Shown: piece by piece, positions 20,018-28,423 of the stretch
How positions within the stretch are numbered: position 1 is the stretch's first letter
Layout: each line of letters begins with the position of its first letter
Assembly (NCBI GenBank): GCA_963663475.2
Contig: CAXXJV010000001.1
Location: 1,216,001 to 1,280,000 of the forward strand
Direction: 5' to 3'
Length of the DNA stretch: 64,000 bases
Origin: Candidatus Cloacimonadales bacterium
GTDB taxonomy: Bacteria; Cloacimonadota; Cloacimonadia; Cloacimonadales; JAFGVF01
The notes under the pieces: model-generated
Database searches by the model: none
What the model saw: only the letters and a program-made list of their open reading frames with translations
Told to the model about the DNA's origin: nothing
Position numbers and translations under genes: made by a program

Positions 20018-21432
20018 TGCCAAAAAGAGTAATTATAATATTTTTCTTAGTAGTTTTATTCCAAGCTGCTTTTGGACAAACAATAATGGAAATACAGCAA
20101 ACTAATGAGCCTGGAAATGATGGCACTTATCCTTCAAGTTACATAGGACAAGAAGTCACTATTAGTCCTGCTACTATTGGTGCAAAAGGTTTTGATGGCT
20201 CAAACAATAATATGTTTGCTTTCGACTTGAACCCAGGAATCTGGAATGGTATCTATATAAACAATGCAAACAATGAAGTAAATACTAGAACCATGGTTTC
20301 TATTACTGGTACTGTTGCTGAAAATAATGGTATGACTGAGTTAATTAACGCAAGCATTACTGTAATTAATCAAGGTCCTTTTGATTTAACAGCAAACTCA
20401 GTAACAATTTCAGCACTTAACGATCCAACAATTGCCGAACAATATGAAGCATCTTATGTTAAAATTAATAATCTTGTTTATAGCGGTAATGATGAAGGTA
20501 ACTATTGGTTAGCTGAAGATGCAGACGATAACTCAATAAGAATTGCTAATGGACTCTTTGAATCTAACCCAGTAGCTGGTGATGAATTCGGTTCTATTTC
20601 TGGTATTCTTGTCTATGATGGGGAAAACTATGTTATTCATCCAACTGATGAATCAGACCTAGTTCCAAGCACTCCAGCAACTTTAGCACTTATGTCAGAG
20701 AAAGAAAAGATTGGAAGTAAATTATATGTTCATGTTAATTCTACTAATATTAAAGATTATTGGAATATCACCGGTTTTGAATTTAACTTTACCTTTGATG
20801 ATGAATTCCTAACTTATCATTCTAATGAAGTAGCTCTTCCTGGCTTAGGAGAACCTAATGCTATTGCAGACGAAACTATTGATGAAGAAGAAGAAATTTA
20901 TACAATCAGTTTTGTCCCAGGTGTTAACTTTGCTTCATATGACTCTCCTACTTTAATTACCCTAATCTTTGATATTGAAGAGTATGGACTTGCCACAGTT
21001 AATTTTAGTAATTTTAAGTTCTTTGATGAGGCTGGCACTACTTGGAATATCTCTGATATGTCTAACTTAAATGTCTCTTTCAATAATACTTATGATGATA
21101 AAGACGCTTATCTTTCTATAAGAAATGCTAACAATGATAAAAATATCTTCAATCCTTACCAAAATGAAAGACTTACCCTTAAATACGGATTTAAACCTGG
21201 TTATAGTACTAAAACAATAGTAAGAATCTACGATTTAAAGGGAAGACTAGTATATACACCAGTAAATAAGGTTCATAGTGGACTTGGTGAATTTGTTTGG
21301 GATGGAAGAGATCAAAACCGTGAATTAGTTGATATCGGAACTTACATTTGCCAAGTTGAAGTTGTAGTTAGAGAAAATGGTGATAAATATGTAACTGATC
21401 AACCAATCGTCGTAGCTGGACAGCTTAAATAG
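20017..21432 (+). CDS. Secreted acidic protein with OB-fold-like N-part and FlgD-like C-terminal domain
   Basis: Signal peptide; TIMEIQ..S.YIGQEV; C-terminal FNPY..IYDLKGRLV..WDGRD...V.IGTY. Confidence 0.7.
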   Translation: MPKRVIIIFFLVVLFQAAFGQTIMEIQQTNEPGNDGTYPSSYIGQEVTISPATIGAKGFDGSNNNMFAFDLNPGIWNGIYINNANNEVNTRTMVSITGTVAENNGMTELINASITVINQGPFDLTANSVTISALNDPTIAEQYEASYVKINNLVYSGNDEGNYWLAEDADDNSIRIANGLFESNPVAGDEFGSISGILVYDGENYVIHPTDESDLVPSTPATLALMSEKEKIGSKLYVHVNSTNIKDYWNITGFEFNFTFDDEFLTYHSNEVALPGLGEPNAIADETIDEEEEIYTISFVPGVNFASYDSPTLITLIFDIEEYGLATVNFSNFKFFDEAGTTWNISDMSNLNVSFNNTYDDKDAYLSIRNANNDKNIFNPYQNERLTLKYGFKPGYSTKTIVRIYDLKGRLVYTPVNKVHSGLGEFVWDGRDQNRELVDIGTYICQVEVVVRENGDKYVTDQPIVVAGQLK

Positions 21433-21441
21433 GGAGTATCA

Positions 21442-22290
21442 ATGAAAAAAATATTACTAATAACTATCTTAATTTCACTTGTTGCCGTAAACTTAAGTGC
21501 ACTTTTTGAAGCTTATCCTACTTCTGCTAGAGCTCGTGGTATGGCTAATGCATTCTATACCTTATCAGATGATTCAGATGCAGCTTTTTATAATCCAGCT
21601 GGACTTGATCAAGCTGATAATCAGTTTTCTTTCAATATGGTCGATCTCTATGGTAACAAATACCTCAGAGCAGGAGCCTTCTCTGCATCCTATAGATTCT
21701 CTCCTGTATATGGTGTCTTAGCTATTGCTGGAAAACAACTAGGTGTTGAATACGAAGATACAGACCTTTCCACCGAAAATACCCTAACCCTTGCCCATTC
21801 TTTCAAGTTAATGAAAGATTTACATAGCTCATTAGCTTTTGGATATTCTTTCAATATGTACCAACTTGATTTTGCTGAAGGCTATGGGGATGATACTGCT
21901 TATGGACTTAACGTTGGTGCTATAGCAACAATGCATCAAAGAACAAAAATATCTTTTACTGTTCAAAATATAAATAATCCAGACATGGGAAAAGATGAAG
22001 AGTTTGAATTACCAAGACAAATGGTTACTGGTATTTCTTATCAACCTTACTATGGGGTAGTTACAATTCTTGAACTTACCAAAGAACTCAAGGGTGATAC
22101 CTCAGTAGCTGCTGGTATTGAATACAGTCTTCTAGATAACATGACTCTTAGAGCTGGTGTTCATAATAACCCTGCTGTTTACTCTGCTGGCCTTGGCTTT
22201 GATGTTAAGGGTATGCTGGTTAATTATGGCTTTACTTATCATTCAGACTTAGATCCTACTCACCATTTCCAAGTTGGATATAGATTCTAA
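21442..22290 (+). CDS. PorV/PorQ (FadL-like) outer-membrane beta-barrel
   Basis: Signal peptide; ARARGMANA..D..A.FYNPAGL motif; amphipathic beta-strands; C-terminal ..VGYRF. Confidence 0.72.
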   Translation: MKKILLITILISLVAVNLSALFEAYPTSARARGMANAFYTLSDDSDAAFYNPAGLDQADNQFSFNMVDLYGNKYLRAGAFSASYRFSPVYGVLAIAGKQLGVEYEDTDLSTENTLTLAHSFKLMKDLHSSLAFGYSFNMYQLDFAEGYGDDTAYGLNVGAIATMHQRTKISFTVQNINNPDMGKDEEFELPRQMVTGISYQPYYGVVTILELTKELKGDTSVAAGIEYSLLDNMTLRAGVHNNPAVYSAGLGFDVKGMLVNYGFTYHSDLDPTHHFQVGYRF

Positions 22291-22302
22291 AAGAGGTTAA
22301 TA

Positions 22303-22617
22303 ATGAAGAAAAAAGACAAGGAAAACAACCAAGATTACATGAATAATGGTTCTTTTATTCCATCAATTATTTCTAAATTACTTTTTGATGGTTTTCAAAA
22401 CTGGATTAGAGATTACCAACATAACCGAAATATAAAAAAACATGACATAGTTGAGGAAAAACTTGTTATTGTGGAAAATCTTCAACTAAAACTAGATAAA
22501 AGAATTAAAGAAAATAAGTATAAAATTGATGCCTTGAAAGCCTTGCTTATCATGAGTATGATTATGAACTTCCTTTTCTTTGCTGTGGTTCTAGTCTTTT
22601 TAATATTAATGTTCTAA
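22303..22617 (+). CDS. Hypothetical protein, coiled coil with C-terminal membrane anchor
   Basis: GAGGT RBS; hydrophobic C-terminal ~25 aa. Confidence 0.6.
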   Translation: MKKKDKENNQDYMNNGSFIPSIISKLLFDGFQNWIRDYQHNRNIKKHDIVEEKLVIVENLQLKLDKRIKENKYKIDALKALLIMSMIMNFLFFAVVLVFLILMF

Positions 22618-22639
22618 ATATAACAGAATATAGAAACTT

Positions 22640-22672
22640 AAGAGCTTTGATCTAGGTCAAAGCTCTTTCTTT
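22640..22672 (+). terminator. Rho-independent terminator
   Basis: AAGAGCTTTGA-tctagg-TCAAAGCTCTT followed by a T-rich tract. Confidence 0.8.
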
Positions 22673-22691
22673 ATTCTTGAACCCAAATAAT

Positions 22692-22771
22692 GTGAATAGC
22701 ACTATATTCTTTTGCAAAAGAAAGCTACATAGTTTTCAGGAATATATATTATCCCAGATAGTGCTATTCAC
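22692..22771. repeat. Short copy of the GTGAATAG-ended MITE-like family
   Basis: GTGAATAGCACTAT...ATAGTGCTATTCAC terminal inverted repeats; related to 48555, 48899, 49243 and 51909 copies. Confidence 0.65.
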
Positions 22772-22800
22772 AAAGATCTATTGCATTATTTGGGATTATA

Positions 22801-22975
22801 GGCTCAAGTTCAAGTCTGGTAGGAATAATATTGGTAAATGAGAATATTTCATTACTATATTGATTCAAAAATCCCTGACTTGTGGGGCGTAGCTTTAGCG
22901 AAGATTCAATGTATCGCAATCCTGGGGAATGATGGCTAGCCCAAAGATATTACCCTGTAAGGGTTTAATAAAAGG
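22801..22975 (+). repeat. Composite REP-like repeat, inverted partner of 26030-26276
   Basis: GGCTCAAGTTCAAGTCTGGT ... GCGTAGCTTTAGCGAAG ... CCCTGTAAGGG; matches the reverse complement of 26030-26276 apart from an internal deletion. Confidence 0.8.
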
Positions 22976-23156
22976 ACAAATGAGGTAATATTCCAAATAA
23001 TGCACTATTCTGGATAAAGGAGACTATCAGACAAGTTACAACTAGGGATCAATTTCTTTTAAAAAAAATGGTGGTATGCCGATTTCATACTTTATTCTTG
23101 ACATATTACTTACTAGTGAAAAATTATATAAAATGTCAAAAATGTGGAGGAAATCA

Positions 23157-24059
23157 ATGTCAATTACTAAACTTGATCAAATGTTTGATTCTTTAAGAAG
23201 TAAGAAAAAGAAGCGATTAGTGGGAGCATATACTGTTGATGGTCATTCAATTGGAGCTATCAGTAAAGCTATAGATTTAGGAATAGTAGATGCTACTTTA
23301 ATTGGAAACAGTGATTTAATTAAAGCAACATGCCAAGCTGAGAATATTGATGTAAATAAATTTGAGATTATAGATGAAAAAGTAGATTCTAAAGCTGCTC
23401 AAAAAGCCTGTATGTATATTAGAGAAGGCAAAGGTGATCTCATTATGAAAGGCTTATTAGGAACAGATACCTATATGAGAGCCTTGCTAAATAAAGAGAC
23501 AGGTCTTGTTCCTAAAGGCTCTATGCTGTCTCATATCACAGTTATGGAAATTCCAAGCTATGAAAAATTACTTGTGGTTTCTGATGTAGCAATTATTCCT
23601 CTACCTGATTTAAAACAGAAAATTGGCATAACAAACAATGTAATTAAAACATGTAAAGCACTTGATATTGAAATGCCAAAAGTGGCAATTCTAGCCTCTT
23701 CTGAGTCAGCAACTGATAAAATTGTAGCCAATGCTGATGCAGCTATAATTACTAAGATGGCTGAAAGAGGACAGATTAAAGGAGCCTATGTCGATGGACC
23801 ACTCTCCTTAGATTTATCAATTGATCAGGAAGCTGTCGCTATTAAGAAATTCCAATCTCCTGTAGCAGGTCAAGCTGATGGTATTGTTTTTCCTAACATA
23901 GAATCAGGAAATGTTTTCTACAAAACTGTTACTAAATTGGTTAAAGCTGAATTAGCAGCTATGGTTTGTGGAGCAAGCTGCCCAGCAATTCTTTCTTCTC
24001 GTGGTGATACAGAACAAACTAAGTTATACTCAATAGCTTTGGCAGCTCTTCTAGCCTAA
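23157..24059 (+). CDS. ptb: Phosphate butyryltransferase (PTA/PTB family), paralog 1
   Basis: DLIMKGL, SDVA..P.P, GQIKG..VDGPL.LD, FPNIESGN.FYK, SRGD; start ATG 23157 with GGAGG RBS (ORF track starts at 23076). Confidence 0.88.
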   Translation: MSITKLDQMFDSLRSKKKKRLVGAYTVDGHSIGAISKAIDLGIVDATLIGNSDLIKATCQAENIDVNKFEIIDEKVDSKAAQKACMYIREGKGDLIMKGLLGTDTYMRALLNKETGLVPKGSMLSHITVMEIPSYEKLLVVSDVAIIPLPDLKQKIGITNNVIKTCKALDIEMPKVAILASSESATDKIVANADAAIITKMAERGQIKGAYVDGPLSLDLSIDQEAVAIKKFQSPVAGQADGIVFPNIESGNVFYKTVTKLVKAELAAMVCGASCPAILSSRGDTEQTKLYSIALAALLA

Positions 24060-24078
24060 AAAATAAGGAAACTTTAAA

Positions 24079-24981
24079 ATGATAAAAAAACTAGACCAAA
24101 TGGTTGATCAGGTTAAGAAGTTAGGAAAGAAATTTAAGATTGCTGTAGCTTATGCTCAGGATTCAAATACCATTGGTGCTATAAGTCAGGCTATTGAAGA
24201 TGGCTTCATAGAAGCAATAATGATAGGGGACAAGACTAAAATTATTGAGGTTGCTCAAGAAGCTAATATAAATCCAGAGATTTTCCAAATAATAGATGTT
24301 AAGGATGAAGTAGCTTCTATTGAAAAGGCTGTGGAAATGGTTAGAAATGACCAAGCTGATGTCCTTATGAAAGGCCTTTGCGGAACTGACAAATTCTTAA
24401 GAGGAGTTATCAATAAAGAGAAGGGACTCTTACCTCCTAAAGCAACTATGACTTATGTATGTGCCTTAGAAATTCCTAAATACCATAAATTGCTTTTTGT
24501 TACAGATACTGCTGTTCTTCCTTTCCCAGATTTAAAACAAAAGACAGCTATGTTAAAGTACTCAGTTGCAATGGCCCACAGATTTGGAATTGAAAAACCA
24601 AAAGTAGCTCTTATTTCAGCTGCCGAAAAAGTAAGTCCTCATTTTGATTCCCATAATGATTATACTCAGCTGTGTATGATGGCTCAAAGAGGTCAAATAA
24701 AAGACTGTATTGTTGATGGACCTTTAGATATCTTCTTAGCCTGTGATCAAGAAAGCGTTAAAATTAAAGGGGTTCCAACTCCAATTAATGGAGACGCAGA
24801 TGTCTTGCTTTTCCCTTCCTTAGAAGCTTGTAATTCCTTCTATAAAGGTCAAATGCTGTGGGGTGGAGCTGAATTAGCTGGACTTATTCAAGGAACGACT
24901 AAACCTGTAGTTGTTATGTCTCGTTCAGAATCACCAAAATCTAAGTATTATTGTATTGCCTTATCTTGTTTAATGGTGTAA
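24079..24981 (+). CDS. ptb: Phosphate butyryltransferase (PTA/PTB family), paralog 2
   Basis: IAVAYAQD, ADVLMKG, TDTAV.P.P, RGQIK..IVDGPLD, G.ADVLLFP, SRS. Confidence 0.88.
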   Translation: MIKKLDQMVDQVKKLGKKFKIAVAYAQDSNTIGAISQAIEDGFIEAIMIGDKTKIIEVAQEANINPEIFQIIDVKDEVASIEKAVEMVRNDQADVLMKGLCGTDKFLRGVINKEKGLLPPKATMTYVCALEIPKYHKLLFVTDTAVLPFPDLKQKTAMLKYSVAMAHRFGIEKPKVALISAAEKVSPHFDSHNDYTQLCMMAQRGQIKDCIVDGPLDIFLACDQESVKIKGVPTPINGDADVLLFPSLEACNSFYKGQMLWGGAELAGLIQGTTKPVVVMSRSESPKSKYYCIALSCLMV

Positions 24982-25006
24982 GATAAAAACTGAACATATT
25001 TTCTAA

Positions 25007-25030
25007 AAGGGCGAATTGATATTCGCCCTT
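25007..25030 (+). terminator. Terminator-like hairpin after the ptb pair
   Basis: AAGGGCGAAT-tgat-ATTCGCCCTT perfect 10-bp stem. Confidence 0.75.
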
Positions 25031-25076
25031 AATTTATTGCTCTCTTTGGGTTTATGTTAACATCTAGTTCTTTGGC

Positions 25077-25183
25077 ATCTGCGTAAACACGGGATTCCAG
25101 CCCGCGTTTACGCAGATTACAAGCGGTTACGGGATTGGGTCGCGGGATTCCAGCCCGCGTTTACGCAGATGACAAGTGGTTAC
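25077..25183 (+). repeat. 53-bp GC-rich REP-like tandem, 2 units
   Basis: CGGGATTCCAGCCCGCGTTTACGCAGAT at 25090 and 25143; the first copy folds into a 17-bp hairpin. Confidence 0.85.
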
Positions 25184-25669
25184 ACAGCTTATTCACCACA
25201 CATTTTAACCTGAATAGTGCATTTGGGTAAAACCCATACAGAGTAAGATCTGTTAGAGGATATCATATTTGGAACGGAAATTATCTTAATCAGAAATATA
25301 CAACCCTTGCTAGCAATTCTTATAGGCATTATAAAACTGTCCAATGGACTAGATCACCAGTTTGTGTAAAAAGAGATAAAATATCCCTACTTTCACTAAT
25401 TACACTAAGATGTGAATTAAATAATAGTAGAAATTCCATAAAATCCCAGAAGAGGATAAATACCTCAGCTTATGGTAAAAGCCTGAAAGGCTTGCCACAA
25501 TGGGTAATGAAATGATGTATCTAATAAAGTGTAATCCTGTATTGATTTGATAAACGTTGACTCCTTTCATATTATCTTCTAGAGTTTTCTATTTTTTATC
25601 TAGGAAACTGTACCAGATTAAACTGCCATATGTATACCATTTTAAACTGCCATCTACAGTACTTTATTA

Positions 25670-25800
25670 TCTGCGTAAACGCGGGCTAGAATCCCGCGAC
25701 CCATTCCCGTAACCACTCGTCTTCTGCGTAACCGCGGGCTAGAATCCCGCGACCCATTCCCGTAACCACTCGTCTTCTGCGTAACCGTGGGCTAGAATCC
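25670..25800 (-). repeat. 53-bp GC-rich REP-like tandem, ~2.5 units, inverted relative to 25077-25183
   Basis: GCGGGCTAGAATCCCGCGACCCATTCCCGTAACCACTCGTCTTCTGCGTAACC at 25681 and 25734, partial at 25787. Confidence 0.85.
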
Positions 25801-25872
25801 CTGCCGGCTCTAACTGGGAAAGCGGGCATCCCTGCCCGCGCCAAGCTTTTCAAGCTTGGTTTTGTGTGGAAT

Positions 25873-25972
25873 CCCCAAAAGGGGATAAATAGTTTAGCCC
25901 AGGGTAAATTCCTGAAGGGAATGCAACCCTGGGTACTGGTGATGAAAAACAAAGCCTAACCCTGAAAGGGTT
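25873..25972 (+). repeat. REP-like CCCTGAAAGGG / AGCCCAGGG..CCCTGGG element
   Basis: Near-identical to 33075-33171 and to the inverted copies in the 344-bp repeat. Confidence 0.8.
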
Positions 25973-26029
25973 AAATAACATCATATATACCATAGACTTA
26001 TTATAATCCCAAATAATGCATTATTTATC

Positions 26030-26276
26030 ATTTTATTAAACCCTTACAGGGTAATATCTTTGGGCTAGCCATCATTACCCAGGGTTGCGATACTTTGAAT
26101 CTTCGCTAAAGCTACGCCTTCACAAGTCAGCATCTTACCCTGGGCTAAATTATTTTATCCCTTTGAGTCTTCGCTAAAGCTACGCCCCACAAGTCAGGGA
26201 TTTTTGATGAATCAATATTCTTATGAAATATTCTCATTTTCCTATATTATTCCCACACCAGACTTAAACTTGAGCC
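26030..26276 (-). repeat. Composite REP-like repeat with two CTTCGCTAAAGCTACG modules
   Basis: Inverted counterpart of 22801-22975. Confidence 0.8.
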
Positions 26277-26353
26277 TTTTAGAATCTACTAGTTAGAAGA
26301 TTTAGTAACTGAAAACACTGATAAGAAAAAAAGAGATTCTTTACCCTAATTAG

Positions 26354-26438
26354 GAGTGACGGGAGTTGCTCACGGAGTAGCGACTTCCGACACTCTTTCG
26401 CCCGAAGTCCCTTGCCTACGGCTGAGGAACTCCGGTCT
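26354..26438. repeat. 85-bp GC-rich double-hairpin dispersed repeat, copy 1
   Basis: Nearly identical to 32946-33028; partial inverted copy at 51134-51175. Confidence 0.85.
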
Positions 26439-26470
26439 GTGTGTGAAGGGGAATGTGAACTGTCTTCTTT

Positions 26471-26791
26471 CTCCCCGTCTCCCCGTCTCTCTATCTCCCC
26501 GTCTTTGAGCCGAAAGGCGAAAACCTTCTATCTTCTCTCTTTTTTTGCTTTTAGCAAAAATTAATTCGAGAAATTCGTCTTAATTCGTGTTAATTCGTGT
26601 AAACAATCTTCTTTCTCCCTATCTCCCCGTCTCTCTATCTCCCCGTCTTTGAGCCGAAAGGCGAAAACCTTCTATCTCCCCGTCACCCCGTCTCTCTATC
26701 TCCCCGTCTTTGAGCCGAAAGGCGAAAACCTTCTATCTCCCCGTCACCCCGTCTCTCTATCTCCCCGTCTTTGAGCCGAAAGGCGAAAACC
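26471..26791. repeat. 61-bp pyrimidine-rich repeat with GCCGAAAGGC hairpin (4 copies)
   Basis: GAGCCGAAAGGCGAAAACC at ~26507, 26651, 26712 and 26773; the last three are tandem with period 61. Confidence 0.85.
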
Positions 26792-26804
26792 TACCCATTG
26801 AAAT

Positions 26805-28202
26805 CTAACTATTCAATTCCTCATAAATTCTTTCAAAGATATATCCTACATGAACACGATTAAGTAAGTCAATCTTATTAACATCAATTTCAATAACTTT
26901 ACCTTGGTGGAATCCATATTTAACTACATTAATAGCATAATCTTGATACCAACGATTAAGATTTTTTATTTCAGCTTCAGACCACCCACCTTCAATTTCC
27001 ATTTCTCGTCCTCTTTGCTGAATCCTTTGCCAAGCTAAACGAGGATTTCCGACAAGTTGAATAATTAAATCAGCACTTGGTAGATTGTTATTTACCTTAT
27101 GGAATTCTGTTGTTAATCTTTCTAATTCAAGGTCTGTTAAGAGTCCATCATGGTGGAACTGGTGACAAAAAACAAGTAAATCTTCTGGAAGTGACCTATC
27201 TTTGACATAAGATTTATCTCCTTTTTTACCTTGTAATCTTTGTTCAGCTCTCATTTTCAAGAAGTGAAGTTGCAAATCAAAGCAGTATTTCTTTTTATCT
27301 GAGAGAAACTTTTCTAGGAGAGGATTTTCTTCAGGCTTTTCATAGAGTCCTGTTAAATTTAATGATCTTTCCATAATAGCAGTAATTGTAGATTTTCCAA
27401 GACCAACATTACCCGCAATCGTAATCAATTTAGGGTTTTGCTTAAGGAAAGCTTCAAGTTTTTTCTCAATATCAATTGCCTTAAGAGTTGCATCTGTTTC
27501 TGGTAGTTTAACCCATTTTCTGATGCCAGGACTGGTAATTCTTAAAGATAATTCACTAATTCTTTTAGCCATTAAGTCAATAGCCTTTTCAACAAAGACA
27601 TCTTCTGGAAGATCATTAGTTTCCAAGATTAAAACAGGGCATTTGACATAATTTTCAATATACTCTTCATAGAGGTAGTTTAACTGTTTTAGATATGATT
27701 CAGGAATTAGTTTTTCAGATTCTCTTCCGCGCTTAGCAATACGTTCTATCAGAGTAGGAACATCAGCTCGGAGATAGACTATTATATCTGGTTCATGGAA
27801 ATTTTCAGTCATTAAATGATAAGTTCTTTGATAAGCTTGAAATTCAGCTTCTGTCATATTTCCCAATATTCTTTGAGCTTTGCCAAAAATATGGTAATCT
27901 TCAGCAAGGGTTCTATCTTCCAGAATAATACCTCGGGAACTATCGATTCTTTTCTGTCTTTCTAACCTTCCATTAAAGAATTCAATCTGAGCCATAAAAG
28001 CATTTTTTACAGGGTTTTGATAAAAGGCATCTAAGACTAAAGGGTTGAATGTTTCATCGAAAGTATGAATATCAGCATCTTGACTATCTCCAGGGAATAG
28101 GGCTAATAATTTATTTTTATAGGCTTGTGATTTTGCTTTTGTAACTAAAGTAGATTTTCCCACACCAATATTTCCAATAATACCTATTCTTAAATTTTCC
28201 AT
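26805..28202 (-). CDS. Tandem (two-domain) deoxynucleoside kinase
   Basis: Two P-loops GNIGVGKST and GNVGLGKST, two DR motifs EDRT..ED and KDRS..ED, two lids RI.KRGR.SE and RI.QRGR.ME. Confidence 0.88.
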   Translation of the reverse strand: MENLRIGIIGNIGVGKSTLVTKAKSQAYKNKLLALFPGDSQDADIHTFDETFNPLVLDAFYQNPVKNAFMAQIEFFNGRLERQKRIDSSRGIILEDRTLAEDYHIFGKAQRILGNMTEAEFQAYQRTYHLMTENFHEPDIIVYLRADVPTLIERIAKRGRESEKLIPESYLKQLNYLYEEYIENYVKCPVLILETNDLPEDVFVEKAIDLMAKRISELSLRITSPGIRKWVKLPETDATLKAIDIEKKLEAFLKQNPKLITIAGNVGLGKSTITAIMERSLNLTGLYEKPEENPLLEKFLSDKKKYCFDLQLHFLKMRAEQRLQGKKGDKSYVKDRSLPEDLLVFCHQFHHDGLLTDLELERLTTEFHKVNNNLPSADLIIQLVGNPRLAWQRIQQRGREMEIEGGWSEAEIKNLNRWYQDYAINVVKYGFHQGKVIEIDVNKIDLLNRVHVGYIFERIYEELNS

Positions 28203-28423
28203 AAGATTCCTTTATCCTAATCTCTATTTGAGTTTAGCTTATTTTTAATTATAATTAATTTAATCAAGTAGAACTTTGAGAATATTAGATGTTTTTCAAT
28301 ATACTAAGCTGTACTTATCTCCAAAGTTCTAGTGCATTAACTAGGGTAATATATTTTTGAAAGATATGATTTCTGTCAAGTGTAGATATCACTTGACGAA
28401 TAAACAGGTAAATTTAATTTTAG

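Noticed and set aside
25400..25570. 56-aa minus-strand ORF between the inverted REP clusters as a RAYT remnant
   Set aside because: No HUH (NHVH-like) or catalytic Tyr motif recognisable, and it runs through a REP hairpin
25686..25952. 88-aa minus-strand ORF
   Set aside because: Lies wholly over GC-rich REP modules; composition unlike the genes of this genome
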